From: Candidatus Dojkabacteria bacterium
GTDB taxonomy: Bacteria > Patescibacteriota > Dojkabacteria > JAOAGR01
NCBI GenBank assembly: GCA_025999155.1
Contig: AP026679.1
Location: forward strand, 514,135 to 578,134
Direction: 5' to 3'
DNA: 64,000 bases
The position numbers were made by a program, and so were the translations under genes. Positions 38,495-48,710 of the stretch are shown here, piece after piece. The stretch's first letter is position 1; every line of letters starts with the position of its first letter. Below the pieces are notes generated by a model. It was not told the DNA's origin. It did not search any database and saw only the letters and a list, made by a program, of their open reading frames with translations.

Positions 38495-40345
38495 CTATTC
38501 GACTGTTACTGATTTAGCAAGATTTCGAGGTTTATCTACATTTAGACCTCTGATGGTGCCTACATAATACGCAAACAATTGGAGTGGTATTACGCTTAGA
38601 ATAGGATTAAATTCGTCGAATGTCTGAGGTATACATATATAATCATCCAATATTGTTGGTAAATATTTATCAGATTCACTAATTATCCCTATTGTTTTGC
38701 CATGTCTAGATTTGACTTCATTAATATTGCTCACACTTTTTTCATATAGATAATCTTTTGGAGCTACAAATATGACAGGCATGAATTCATCTATTAGTGC
38801 AAGTGGCCCGTGTTTCATTTCTCCTGCAGCATATCCCTCGGCATGAATATACGAGATTTCTTTTAGTTTTAATGCCCCTTCGAGAGCTATAGGGTAATTT
38901 ATTCCTCTGCCTAAATATAAAAAGTTTGCTTTTGTTACATATTTATTTGCTAATACAAAAATAGATTCCTTTTGATCCAAAATTTGCTGTACTTTATTCG
39001 GAATGTCACTTAGTTCATTAAGCATTTTTTTCATTTTAGTAGTAGACAATAGCTTTTTACCATTAGCTAAATACAGACTTAACAATACTAAGATTAGCAC
39101 AGTATTTGTGAATGTTTTTGTAGCTGCTACTCCTATTTCTTGATTTGCATTCATATAAATGATTCCATCGCTTTCACGACAGATAGAGCTATTTGGTATG
39201 TTTGTAATACTAAGAATTTTTGCTCCATTGCTTTTAGGAATTTTTAGAGCTTCTAGAGTATCTGCAGTTTCTCCTGACTGGCTAATAGCTATAATCATGT
39301 CATTTTGGTGTATTATTGGGCTACTATATCGAAATTCTGATGCATACTCGACCGAAGTAGGTATTTGTGCTAGTTTTTCGATTAAATATTTTCCGATCAA
39401 ACCTGCATTCCAACTACTACCACAGGCTGTAATAATTATTCTATTTATTTTTTTGATATTTTCTTGAGAGAAGAAGTTAAAATATGGGAAAATAATATCA
39501 TCATTATCAATGATTATCGATTTTTCTAATGCATTTTTTAGATACAGTGGCTGCTCAAAAATTTCTTTTTCCATGTACGACCGGTATCCCTGCAAATCGG
39601 AAAACATCAAGTCTGAATCTGTTACGACGGGTCGTATATCGATAGTGTTGCCTTCTAAATCATAAATATTGTATGCTAATCCGTCGATTATACCGATATT
39701 TTCATCATTTAAATAGATTACTAGATTTGTGTATTTTATGAATGCATAAATGTCGGAACCTACGAACATTTCTCCTTTTCCCAAACCTATTGTAAGGGGA
39801 CTGCCTTTTCGTGCCACAAAAATTTTATTAGGCTCGTACTCTGAGATTAAAGCTATCGCATAAGTACCCTTGACTTGTTGTAATGCTTTGGTAAAAGAGG
39901 TGAGTAAATTTAGTTCTTCTGTCGTATAAAAATACTCTATCAAGTGTGCAAGAACTTCAGTATCTGTTTCTGATACTAATTTATATCCTTTTTCTTCTAA
40001 AAATTCTTTTAATTCGACATAATTTTCGATAATGCCATTATGTACTATGGCTATTTTCCCACTAGCGCTTGTATGAGGGTGAGCATTCTGTTCTGATACC
40101 TTACCATGTGTAGCCCATCGTGTGTGTCCTATTCCTAATTTGAACGAAACATTGCTAATATTTTTCAACACTTCCTTTTCAAGGACGGAAACCTTTCCTA
40201 CTTTTTTGTAAACATGGATTTTTTCTTTTCTATCAATAAAAGCAATACCTGCTGAGTCATAACCACGATATTCGAGATTATAAAGCCCATTTAAAACAAC
40301 AGACTTTACATCTTTATTTCCAATATAACCTACAATTCCGCACAT
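38495..40345 (-). CDS. glmS: Glutamine--fructose-6-phosphate aminotransferase
   Basis: N-terminal MCGIVGYIG with catalytic Cys2 and two SIS domains. 616 aa. Confidence 0.9.
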   Translation of the reverse strand: MCGIVGYIGNKDVKSVVLNGLYNLEYRGYDSAGIAFIDRKEKIHVYKKVGKVSVLEKEVLKNISNVSFKLGIGHTRWATHGKVSEQNAHPHTSASGKIAIVHNGIIENYVELKEFLEEKGYKLVSETDTEVLAHLIEYFYTTEELNLLTSFTKALQQVKGTYAIALISEYEPNKIFVARKGSPLTIGLGKGEMFVGSDIYAFIKYTNLVIYLNDENIGIIDGLAYNIYDLEGNTIDIRPVVTDSDLMFSDLQGYRSYMEKEIFEQPLYLKNALEKSIIIDNDDIIFPYFNFFSQENIKKINRIIITACGSSWNAGLIGKYLIEKLAQIPTSVEYASEFRYSSPIIHQNDMIIAISQSGETADTLEALKIPKSNGAKILSITNIPNSSICRESDGIIYMNANQEIGVAATKTFTNTVLILVLLSLYLANGKKLLSTTKMKKMLNELSDIPNKVQQILDQKESIFVLANKYVTKANFLYLGRGINYPIALEGALKLKEISYIHAEGYAAGEMKHGPLALIDEFMPVIFVAPKDYLYEKSVSNINEVKSRHGKTIGIISESDKYLPTILDDYICIPQTFDEFNPILSVIPLQLFAYYVGTIRGLNVDKPRNLAKSVTVE

Positions 40346-40367
40346 TTTGTTTGATTAAGAAATATAA

Positions 40368-41285
40368 TTAATGATTTTTATCAATTATAGGAGTTAACCA
40401 ATTCGTGTATTTTTCAATTTTACCTTTTACTGCATCAAAATAGATTTGTTTAATTTGATTTGTAATAGGTCCTGGTTTACCAGTGTTAATTTTGATTCCG
40501 TCTACTTCTACCACTGGAGATATTTGAGCACCAGTACCACACAAGAATATTTCGTCTGCTATATAAAGTTCTGTGCGTGATATTGATCTTTCTTCTACAT
40601 TTATATTTAAGTCCTTTGCTATGGTTTTGATAGCGTGTCTTGTAATACCTTCAAGTATGTCATCACTCAGTGAAGGCGTGATAAGAGTGTTATTTCGGAC
40701 TATAAAAATGTTTTCAGCACTGCCCTCTGCAATATTCCCATCCTGATTTAGTACTATTGCTTCATCGGCACCAGCCTTTAATGCTTCAGTTTTTGCTAAT
40801 GCGCTATTAACATATGCCCCCGCTATTTTAAGCATTGGCGGAATCATGTTATCTTTTAAACGTGTCCAAGACGCAATTTTTGTTTTAATACCATCGTCTG
40901 TATCTATGTAATTACCCAAAGGTAAGGTGAAAATAGCTATTTCTGCCGAGTATCCTACTAGTTTCGGACTTATGGCCTCATCTGCAAAATATACAATTGG
41001 TCGTATATACACATCTTCTTTATGTTGGTTTATTAAGACTAGCTGTTTCGTAATTTCAATTAGTTCTTCTAAACTTTCATTTATATTCATGTTTAAAACT
41101 TTAATATTGCGTAACAGTCTCTGGTAGTGTTCTTTAACAAAAAGGCCATACATCGTATCTGAATCTTTATTGTAATAAGCTCTTATACCCTCAAATATCG
41201 CAGTACCATAATGAAATGAATTAGTTCTGATGCTAATTTTTGCATCGTTGTCTTCTATAATTTTGCCGCGGAAATAAACTTTCAT
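40368..41285 (-). CDS. ilvE: Class IV PLP aminotransferase (branched-chain amino acid / D-amino-acid aminotransferase family)
   Basis: 305 aa. EGIRAYYNKDSD..GLFVKEHYQRLLRNIKVL follows the BCAT fold-type IV pattern. It lies 22 nt upstream of glmS on the same strand. Confidence 0.7.
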   Translation of the reverse strand: MKVYFRGKIIEDNDAKISIRTNSFHYGTAIFEGIRAYYNKDSDTMYGLFVKEHYQRLLRNIKVLNMNINESLEELIEITKQLVLINQHKEDVYIRPIVYFADEAISPKLVGYSAEIAIFTLPLGNYIDTDDGIKTKIASWTRLKDNMIPPMLKIAGAYVNSALAKTEALKAGADEAIVLNQDGNIAEGSAENIFIVRNNTLITPSLSDDILEGITRHAIKTIAKDLNINVEERSISRTELYIADEIFLCGTGAQISPVVEVDGIKINTGKPGPITNQIKQIYFDAVKGKIEKYTNWLTPIIDKNH

Positions 41286-41401
41286 CGTCTTATTTTAATG
41301 GTTTTTTAAGTTTTTGTCTCACACTGTACATTAATTTAAAAGCATTTTGATGATATAAAAATTCCCTGATTTCACATGATTGTTTATTTAAGTTTTTTAT
41401 C

Positions 41402-42490
41402 TCAATTTTCTCGATCAGAATCTATTCTTAAAAGAAAATCTTGTAATATTTCAAAGTATTGTTCTAGGCCTTTAATACTGACCCATTCTTCATCGCCACC
41501 TATATTTCCTCCCACTGGACCAAATTCTATACCAGGCACATTAATATTCATGTAATGACGAGCATCCGATGATCCATTAGCATATCTTATTTGTGTGGAT
41601 GTCTGAATTATAAATTTAATGGATTTCGTAAGATTTTGGATAAATACATTGTTTTCCTCTGTATATAAAGATGGCTCGTTAAACATTATTTCAACAGATG
41701 TATCTTTGGGAAGTATTTGGTGTATTTCTTGCAAAACTCTGTCTTTATCTTCCGGAGTATATCGTATATCAAGCCATATTGTGCAATCATCAGGAATCTT
41801 ATTAAAGGCATTATTTGATGTTTCTATTCTTGCTAAATTAATCGTTGTTTGCCATTTTGCTTCTTTAGGGTTATTAAACCTTTTGAATAATTTACTTAAA
41901 AAATTATGAGCTAATAAAATAGCATTTTTGCCTCGCCATGGATAAGCTCCATGTGCTGTTATTCCTTTAAAGTTTATTTTTAGCCAAATAATACCTTTTG
42001 CTTTATTCACAATATCGAAATTCGTAGGTTCTCCACATATTACGAAATCAGCAGTAACGCCATTTAAAATTTGATATTTAGTACCATTGAAGCCTCCAAT
42101 TTCTTCATCTGTGACCAGTTGTAGTCCTAAAGGATACGATACTTTATCTACCATATTAAGAAATGCATAAATGAGGCAAGCGGCACTGGCCTTCATGTCC
42201 AATGCTCCAACTCCAATTAATTTATCCCCTTCTATTCTTGGTTCATAAAGGTCTTCCCGACCGGGTACTACATCAAGATGTCCGTTTAGTATAAGTTTAA
42301 ATTTACTTGGTCTTGTATTTGCCTTATAGATAAGTGCGCTTGGTTTACCTTCATTTTCAAATCTTTCTACTGTGTAGTTGTTAAGATAACTTAGGGCTAG
42401 CTTGAGAATTTCATCTAGTTTATCTTTTGATTCAGCTGTAGATCGTATACGTATAAATGCTTGTGATAGTTTTAATATGTCTTCAAGCAT
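41402..42490 (-). CDS. M20 family metallopeptidase (ArgE/DapE-type deacylase)
   Basis: LNGHLDVVPG and GVGALDMKASAACLIYAF match the M20 active-site motifs (HxDVV; the GxxD metal-bridging residue). Confidence 0.7.
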   Translation of the reverse strand: MLEDILKLSQAFIRIRSTAESKDKLDEILKLALSYLNNYTVERFENEGKPSALIYKANTRPSKFKLILNGHLDVVPGREDLYEPRIEGDKLIGVGALDMKASAACLIYAFLNMVDKVSYPLGLQLVTDEEIGGFNGTKYQILNGVTADFVICGEPTNFDIVNKAKGIIWLKINFKGITAHGAYPWRGKNAILLAHNFLSKLFKRFNNPKEAKWQTTINLARIETSNNAFNKIPDDCTIWLDIRYTPEDKDRVLQEIHQILPKDTSVEIMFNEPSLYTEENNVFIQNLTKSIKFIIQTSTQIRYANGSSDARHYMNINVPGIEFGPVGGNIGGDEEWVSIKGLEQYFEILQDFLLRIDSDREN

Positions 42491-42508
42491 ATGGTGTTAT
42501 TAAATCTT

Positions 42509-44026
42509 TTATATAAATAGCTCTGGATAAATACTTTTTGTTACTTCATCTATTTCATAACGTAATTGTGGAAAAGGTACACCTTCACGTGCTGGGACAT
42601 TTTCAAAGAACCAGAAGTTGCGTTCTGAATGACCCCATCCAAAGGTTGGTGGCATACCATATTCAAGCATCTCTACAAAATCTATATCAAGCATTTGAGC
42701 TTCTTCATCACCTGCATCTCGTAGTTTTTGTTGTTCTTTAAATCTTTCTAATTGATCTAATGGATCATTTAACTCTGAGTAGCCATTGCCTAATTCGGAT
42801 CCGCCGATGACAGGATGGATTCTTTGTGTAAGTTGTGGATTGTCGGGACATGTTTTGGCAAGTGGAGACATAAATGTCGGATCATGTAATAACCATACAG
42901 GGCCACCTATTGTAGCTCGTATTAATTTCCAAAGATGATCTATTCCTCTCTCAAGATTTATAGCTTTTCCAGGGGAAACATTATTAGCCTTGAGTATGTT
43001 TTTTATTTCATCAATATTAGTATTAAATATATCTATATTAAATCTTTGTTTTATAATAGTTGCATAGTCTATTCTTTCCCATGGTTTAGTTAAATCTACA
43101 TCAAATCCGCGTATATTAAATTTTAATGTGCCATACACCTTTTCTAATACATAACGGAACATTTCTTCAACAAATTCTATGCCATCTTCGTAATTTGCAT
43201 ATGCCCAATAAAACTCCATAGCAATGTGTTCTGGTAAATGTTCGTCGCTAAGTCCTTCATTTCGAAATCGTGGTCCAATTTCATAAACTTTATGATAGCC
43301 TCCTCCGATAAGTCTTTTAAGATATAATTCCTGGGAAATACGTAGATAAAAGTCTTGATCCAAAGCATCCATATGTGTAACAAAAGGTTTTGCGTCTGCT
43401 CCTCCTGTGACATGTTCAAGTACTGGGATATTTATTTCTAAAAATCCATTTTGCTTTAAAAACTCTCTGTGATATTCCCAGAATTTTGCTCGTCTAATGA
43501 ATCGTTCATAAACATCTCTATTGATATTTGTATCTAGATAACGCCTTCTCAATCGTGTTTCTTTATCGACTAAGCCATCCCATGAATTAGGTAATGGTCT
43601 TAGGGTTTTTGTTAAGATTCTAACTTTATGTACTTCTACTGAGATTTCTCCTCTTTTTGTTTTACTAACTACACCATGAGCCTCTATTATATCTCCAATA
43701 TCAATTAATTTTAGATCATCAAAATTCAATTCACTATCTTCATAGTTTGCCCGTTGTACGTTTTCGGATTTGATATAGAGCTGTATTTTGTCTGTATGAT
43801 CCTTTAAATCAATAAAATATAGTTTTCCATGTTCACGAATTGCAAAAGCTCTACCTGCAACTACAACATCCTTACCAGCTAATTCATTGAACCTCGTTTG
43901 TATATCTTTATTGTCTATATTACGGTATGATTTTGCGGGGTAGGGGTTTATACCTAAAGATTTTAATTGGTTTAATTTTTCTATGCGTGCGTCTCTTAGT
44001 TCTTTTAGTGTTGCCATATGTATCAA
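42509..44026 (-). CDS. lysS: Lysine--tRNA ligase (class II)
   Basis: N-terminal OB anticodon-binding domain. Motif 2 reads GPRFRNEGLSDEHLPEHIAMEFYWAY. Motif 3 reads GGSELGNGYSELNDP. Confidence 0.9.
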   Translation of the reverse strand: MIHMATLKELRDARIEKLNQLKSLGINPYPAKSYRNIDNKDIQTRFNELAGKDVVVAGRAFAIREHGKLYFIDLKDHTDKIQLYIKSENVQRANYEDSELNFDDLKLIDIGDIIEAHGVVSKTKRGEISVEVHKVRILTKTLRPLPNSWDGLVDKETRLRRRYLDTNINRDVYERFIRRAKFWEYHREFLKQNGFLEINIPVLEHVTGGADAKPFVTHMDALDQDFYLRISQELYLKRLIGGGYHKVYEIGPRFRNEGLSDEHLPEHIAMEFYWAYANYEDGIEFVEEMFRYVLEKVYGTLKFNIRGFDVDLTKPWERIDYATIIKQRFNIDIFNTNIDEIKNILKANNVSPGKAINLERGIDHLWKLIRATIGGPVWLLHDPTFMSPLAKTCPDNPQLTQRIHPVIGGSELGNGYSELNDPLDQLERFKEQQKLRDAGDEEAQMLDIDFVEMLEYGMPPTFGWGHSERNFWFFENVPAREGVPFPQLRYEIDEVTKSIYPELFI

Positions 44027-44087
44027 ATCTAGTTGATATTAGCACATTAGGAAATTTATGCATAATTTCAAACTATTGTTGTTAGAA

Positions 44088-45350
44088 TTATTCTTGTCTT
44101 AATGCATCTATAGGATTAAGTTTACTGGCTTTTATTGCCGGTAGTGTTCCAGCCACAAGGCCTACAAACATAGTACCAAGTAATATAGGTATAATTGATT
44201 GTACGGGAAAAATCATTAGCGTAAATCCTTCTAGATCTTTTAAAATAGTTGTTGATGCAAAATAATTGATTCCATATCCTACTATTATGCCTGCTATAAT
44301 ACCAAAAACCCCACCCCAAAAGCCAATTAAAAGGGCTTCAATTGCAAATATTATAAATACCTCATGTTCTTTCATACCAAGAGCCTTAAGAAGTCCGATT
44401 TCATTAGTCCTTTCGTATACGGACATTAATAATGTGTTGATTATACCTATGCCTCCTGCAATTATCACAATGATAGCAAATGCATTTAGTACCAACTGTA
44501 TAGTATCAATCACTGTATTAATTTGATTAATCTGATCTTCTAAACTAGATCCATTATACCCTTTTTCTCTTAGTTCTTGCTTGAGTTTAGTTAATTCGTC
44601 TTTCGAGAGATTGGGATCAGTTTGTGCAAATAATATTGGTGAACCTTGTTCTCTTCCTATTTGCCAGTATGAAATTTCCTTTAACTCGTTCAGATTGATG
44701 CGAGTTACCGATCCTGCTAGACTATTTGCGGAGACTCCAACTATAGTATAGGTTCTTTCTTTAAGTTCTCCGAGAATGTTTTTGTAAACTATTTTGACGC
44801 TTTGACCTAAAGCATCGGAAGGCTCATTAAAATTTAGTACTCCAAGATATTTATATGATAGAAGTATTTCCTCATTTTTATTTGGATCAGGAAATCGTCC
44901 TGCCGCTAGTGGAGTTTCTAAACCTTCAATATATTGTTCCAGATTATTAATAGTATATTTTTTATCATTATCTCGAGTAATGTATTCTGCTTTTGGTCTA
45001 TATACGGGATATACAGCTTTGATGTTTGTAATAGATTTAATTTTATCGATGTCTTCTTGCCCCAGTGATACCGTTGATAGAGTATCGTCTTTTTGATTAT
45101 CGGGATTATATTCTTCAGGTTCACCTAGAGGATTTGAACTGAACCTTAATGCAGGTGTTATAGTAATAAGCCCAGGAGCGTTTACTGCAGATACTTGTTT
45201 ATTTACAAAATCTTTTACACCTGATCCCAAACCATTTGTGAGAGTAAGTGTTAAAGTTCCTATAAATACTGCCAGTATAGTAAGAAAAGTACGTAGAGGC
45301 GACCGTAATAAATTTGTATTGGATGTTTGTATAATGTCTATGACTTTCAT
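44088..45350 (-). CDS. ABC transporter permease, FtsX/MacB-type (large periplasmic loop + 4 TM)
   Basis: The C-terminal FtsX domain reads LLMSVYERTNEIGLLKALGM. The start is taken at the ATG at 45348-45350, which overlaps the ATPase stop as ATGA. The longer ORF begins at 45398. Confidence 0.75.
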   Translation of the reverse strand: MKVIDIIQTSNTNLLRSPLRTFLTILAVFIGTLTLTLTNGLGSGVKDFVNKQVSAVNAPGLITITPALRFSSNPLGEPEEYNPDNQKDDTLSTVSLGQEDIDKIKSITNIKAVYPVYRPKAEYITRDNDKKYTINNLEQYIEGLETPLAAGRFPDPNKNEEILLSYKYLGVLNFNEPSDALGQSVKIVYKNILGELKERTYTIVGVSANSLAGSVTRINLNELKEISYWQIGREQGSPILFAQTDPNLSKDELTKLKQELREKGYNGSSLEDQINQINTVIDTIQLVLNAFAIIVIIAGGIGIINTLLMSVYERTNEIGLLKALGMKEHEVFIIFAIEALLIGFWGGVFGIIAGIIVGYGINYFASTTILKDLEGFTLMIFPVQSIIPILLGTMFVGLVAGTLPAIKASKLNPIDALRQE

Positions 45351-46021
45351 GACTCTTCGATTATTTGACCATCTTTTATATAAATTTTTCGCTGACACAA
45401 ATTCGCTAGTTCAAGATCATGTGTGACTAAGATTAATGTGATACCTTTTGTTCGGTTTAGTTTAAATAATAGCTGAATGATTTTCTCTCCTGTCTCTGAA
45501 TCTAGATTTCCTGTTGGTTCGTCTGCAAAGATGACTTCTGGTTCGGTGACTATTGCACGTGCAATACATACTCTCTGCTTTTGTCCCCCTGATAATTCGT
45601 TGGCTCGGCTATTACGTTTACTTAACATCTCTACATCTTCTAGTGCTTGTTCTGCCTTTTTAATACGTTCTGATTTTGAAACACCCCGTATCATGAGTGG
45701 TAGACAGACATTTTCTATGACATTTAGGTTAGGCTGTAAAAAAAACTGTTGGAATACAAAGCCTATGCGTTTATTCCGAAAATTTGCTGCTTGGATGGCT
45801 GTCATATCATGAAGAGTTATATCATCAAATAAGATTTTGCCGTCAGTGGGCTGATCGAGACAAGCCATTAAATGCATTAAAGTAGATTTCCCTGAACCGG
45901 ACTTCCCTAATATAGCTACAGTCTCACCTTGATTAATCTCTAAGCTAACACCTTTTAATGCTGTAAATTCATTTTTTTTCCCTAGGTTATAGATTTTACG
46001 TAAATTTGAAACTTTAATCAT
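45347..46021 (-). CDS. ABC transporter ATP-binding protein (MacB/LolD-like)
   Basis: Walker [11 protein letters not shown], signature [14 protein letters not shown], Walker [14 protein letters not shown]-loop LVTHD. Confidence 0.85.
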   Translation of the reverse strand: MIKVSNLRKIYNLGKKNEFTALKGVSLEINQGETVAILGKSGSGKSTLMHLMACLDQPTDGKILFDDITLHDMTAIQAANFRNKRIGFVFQQFFLQPNLNVIENVCLPLMIRGVSKSERIKKAEQALEDVEMLSKRNSRANELSGGQKQRVCIARAIVTEPEVIFADEPTGNLDSETGEKIIQLLFKLNRTKGITLILVTHDLELANLCQRKIYIKDGQIIEES

Positions 46022-46181
46022 TGTGTCATCTCTTATATCGTATTGGCTGTATGATACTAATAAAAAAGTTTAGATCTGTAAATTTGTCTCATTTCGAGCA
46101 CTAATTTAAGCTTTAGGCAACGAAAACATTAATAATATAAGTTGAATGATTAAACATTCTGGGGGATTTACATTGTGTATT

Positions 46182-46258
46182 TGGAGCGAGCGATCGGATT
46201 CGAACCGACGGCCTTCTCCTTGGCAAGGAGACGTTCTAGCCAACTGAACTACGCTCGC
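46182..46258 (-). tRNA. tRNA-Gly (anticodon GCC), CCA encoded
   Basis: Reverse complement GCGAGCG-TA-GTTC-AGTTGGCTA-GAAC-G-TCTCC-TTGCCAA-GGAGA-AGGCC-GTCGG-TTCGAAT-CCGAT-CGCTCGC-T-CCA. The cloverleaf is good, with anticodon GCC. Confidence 0.85.
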
Positions 46259-46293
46259 ACAGAAGCCTACTAATTCTAGCAAAAAAAACTTAA

Positions 46294-48555
46294 TTATTGA
46301 ACCTTTAAAATCTCTATCCCAGATAAATCCAGTTCTGTCTCTGCTTTTTTATGCGTACCAAAATATTTGATTATAATATTAAGTCTCGAATCTGTTTTAA
46401 TTTCAAATTCCTGTACAAATTGATTATTTAAATCTGCGATTTCTTTTTCCGTCAGGTTCTCATCTAATAGTTTTACGCCTTTACTATTGTATATGAGAAT
46501 TTTTAAAACTGAGAAATTCGATGTAAGAGGTGAACCGCTAGGGTGAATGTTAAATTTAATTTTATATGTCCCAGTTGGTAACATATTAGTTTGTAATATA
46601 TCAACGATATTACCTTTGAGTCCTTGAGCGGATTCTATTGTAGATTTATATTGTTGATTTGATGACTTAGGATTAAGAGTTAATTGAGAAACTTGCTGTG
46701 TTGGTGAGGCTTTAATATTACCTATTTCAATATTTCTAATATCTCCACTTATTTGTAATTTTATTGTTGTGAAGTCGGCTTTAGTGTTTCTGATTATATA
46801 CTCGAATGTTTTTTCTGAGTCTAAATTTATGTAAGAAATTTGATAATCCTTATTTGAATCATTTTTGTAACCGAAACTTATCTTTAACGATTTTGTTTTT
46901 TGTGTACTATTCTTTATAGAAAATTCAACCTTACATTCTGTTTTGCCTTTACATATTTTAATGTTTGATACTCGAAATTTTTCATCTGGATAAGTATCTC
47001 TGATGAGTGCTCCATCTGCTGTTGGTTCCAAGTATACTTTATCTTTTGAAATACGTATTATTTGTAATGTTTCTTGGTGATTTTTAGGATCATAGACTTC
47101 TACTTTTCCTTTACCGATGGAAGCATGAGCATTATTTAAAGTCTTAATCTCTAATGTTGTGTTAGCGTTTTTAATAAGCTGAAGATTAAAATCTATACTT
47201 AAAATATTCTCGTATATATCATCTACGGAGTATGTATTTGTTATTTGAATCTCGTTGTTATTGTAAATATTTACTCTTATCAGATCTTTGTTTGCTTCTG
47301 GTGTTGTTTCATAATTTCGAATATTTATATTAATTGATAGAACAGCATTCTTGTGAGCATCTAGGGCTGTCAATTCATTTAAGGACTTTAATAATACTAT
47401 TTTGTCTTTTTCTCTAACTGTAAACTGAGAATTATCAAAATCGCCTTCAGAGTAATAATTTGATGGATTAAGTTCAAGATTTTCAAGGCTTGTATAGTTA
47501 TCTAGTAATGATATTTGGATTGCTTGTATCCCAATACGTTCTGTAGTAAAGACTTTCAGATCAATATTCAATGAAATATTTCCTACATCATTAATAAAAA
47601 TGAAAGAATTCTTCTTTTGTACGAATTGTTTATCATTATATATTTCTTTTAGACTATTATTCTGACTTTCATTCTGAGATGTTTTAATACTGAAAGCGTA
47701 ATATGCGGGGTAACTTATACCTTCTACATTACTAGTTACATCAATGTTGTAATTGGTATTGGTAGTTATTGGAAGAGTCAAATTTAAAACTTTTTGTAAA
47801 TCCTGGCTGCCATCAAAATACACAAGAGTTTCATCTTTGTTTTGAGAATCTAAAATGCTACTGAGTATTAAATTGGTTGATTTCACAGGGCTGGCTTTTG
47901 GTGATCCAAGGTCCAAAACAAATTCATTTTGTAGTTTTTCCTTAGGTCTTAAATTAATAGATGATTTTGCTGTTTGCCAGTTTGTAGCTATATTACCAGG
48001 GAAATACGTGTTGATGCGTTCCATACTTGCTTTCCCTAAATTGTTAGAGTTAAGACCAGCAAATGGACCTATAGAGCTAGTGTCAACTTCGTCTATAATT
48101 TCGTCTACAATTTGTTCATTATTTTGAATTCGTTTGATCAGAGATATTTTAAAGCCGTTGTTATTGATAGTTATACTGGTTGTAATATCAGGTGAAACAG
48201 TAAGCGCTGTATTTTTATTGGTATTATTATACCTTGCAATAAGAAAATACTCTTTAGGATTTAATATTCCTGTCAGTTGAATATCTTGATTATTGCTTTT
48301 TAGACCACGTAAAACGTAATGTGATAAATCTATAGGTTGCTTACTTATGTTTTGTATTTCTATCCATTCATCATATGAACTAAAGGATGATCCACTCCAG
48401 TTTATTTCCGTAATTGCAAGTTCTTTGCTTACTGTTGGTTCTGTCGATGTTTCTATTGATGCATAGATATAAGATTTTGGTACTAATATATAAGCAATGA
48501 AAACTACTACTATAATAGTTAAAGCGATCGTGTGAGACCTACTTAATATATTCAT
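46294..48555 (-). CDS. Large secreted/membrane-anchored protein with N-terminal lamin tail domain (LTD)
   Basis: 753 aa. An N-terminal TM is followed by ITEINWSGSSFSSYDEWIEIQNISKQPIDLSHYVLRG..EYFLIA, the LTD consensus (EINW/NP..G..DEWIEL.N....DLSGW.L). The remainder is beta-rich and unassigned. Confidence 0.6.
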   Translation of the reverse strand: MNILSRSHTIALTIIVVVFIAYILVPKSYIYASIETSTEPTVSKELAITEINWSGSSFSSYDEWIEIQNISKQPIDLSHYVLRGLKSNNQDIQLTGILNPKEYFLIARYNNTNKNTALTVSPDITTSITINNNGFKISLIKRIQNNEQIVDEIIDEVDTSSIGPFAGLNSNNLGKASMERINTYFPGNIATNWQTAKSSINLRPKEKLQNEFVLDLGSPKASPVKSTNLILSSILDSQNKDETLVYFDGSQDLQKVLNLTLPITTNTNYNIDVTSNVEGISYPAYYAFSIKTSQNESQNNSLKEIYNDKQFVQKKNSFIFINDVGNISLNIDLKVFTTERIGIQAIQISLLDNYTSLENLELNPSNYYSEGDFDNSQFTVREKDKIVLLKSLNELTALDAHKNAVLSININIRNYETTPEANKDLIRVNIYNNNEIQITNTYSVDDIYENILSIDFNLQLIKNANTTLEIKTLNNAHASIGKGKVEVYDPKNHQETLQIIRISKDKVYLEPTADGALIRDTYPDEKFRVSNIKICKGKTECKVEFSIKNSTQKTKSLKISFGYKNDSNKDYQISYINLDSEKTFEYIIRNTKADFTTIKLQISGDIRNIEIGNIKASPTQQVSQLTLNPKSSNQQYKSTIESAQGLKGNIVDILQTNMLPTGTYKIKFNIHPSGSPLTSNFSVLKILIYNSKGVKLLDENLTEKEIADLNNQFVQEFEIKTDSRLNIIIKYFGTHKKAETELDLSGIEILKVQ

Positions 48556-48710
48556 TTAATCTTAAGTCTACAACATGTAAAAATTTTTTCCACTTAATAA
48601 GTTGGTGAATGATACTTATAATATCTATCTTGTAATAAGTAGAGTTGATATAATACCGGGGTATAAGCGATAATCCATATAGAATTAAAATTAGAAATTA
48701 ATATAGTTTC

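Noticed and set aside
40346-40367. Expected glmS ribozyme upstream of glmS
   Set aside because: Only 22 nt separate glmS from the upstream aminotransferase gene. No structured leader is possible there.
43177-43419. 80-aa minus-strand ORF inside lysS in another frame
   Set aside because: It is embedded in the lysS coding region and is a frame artefact.
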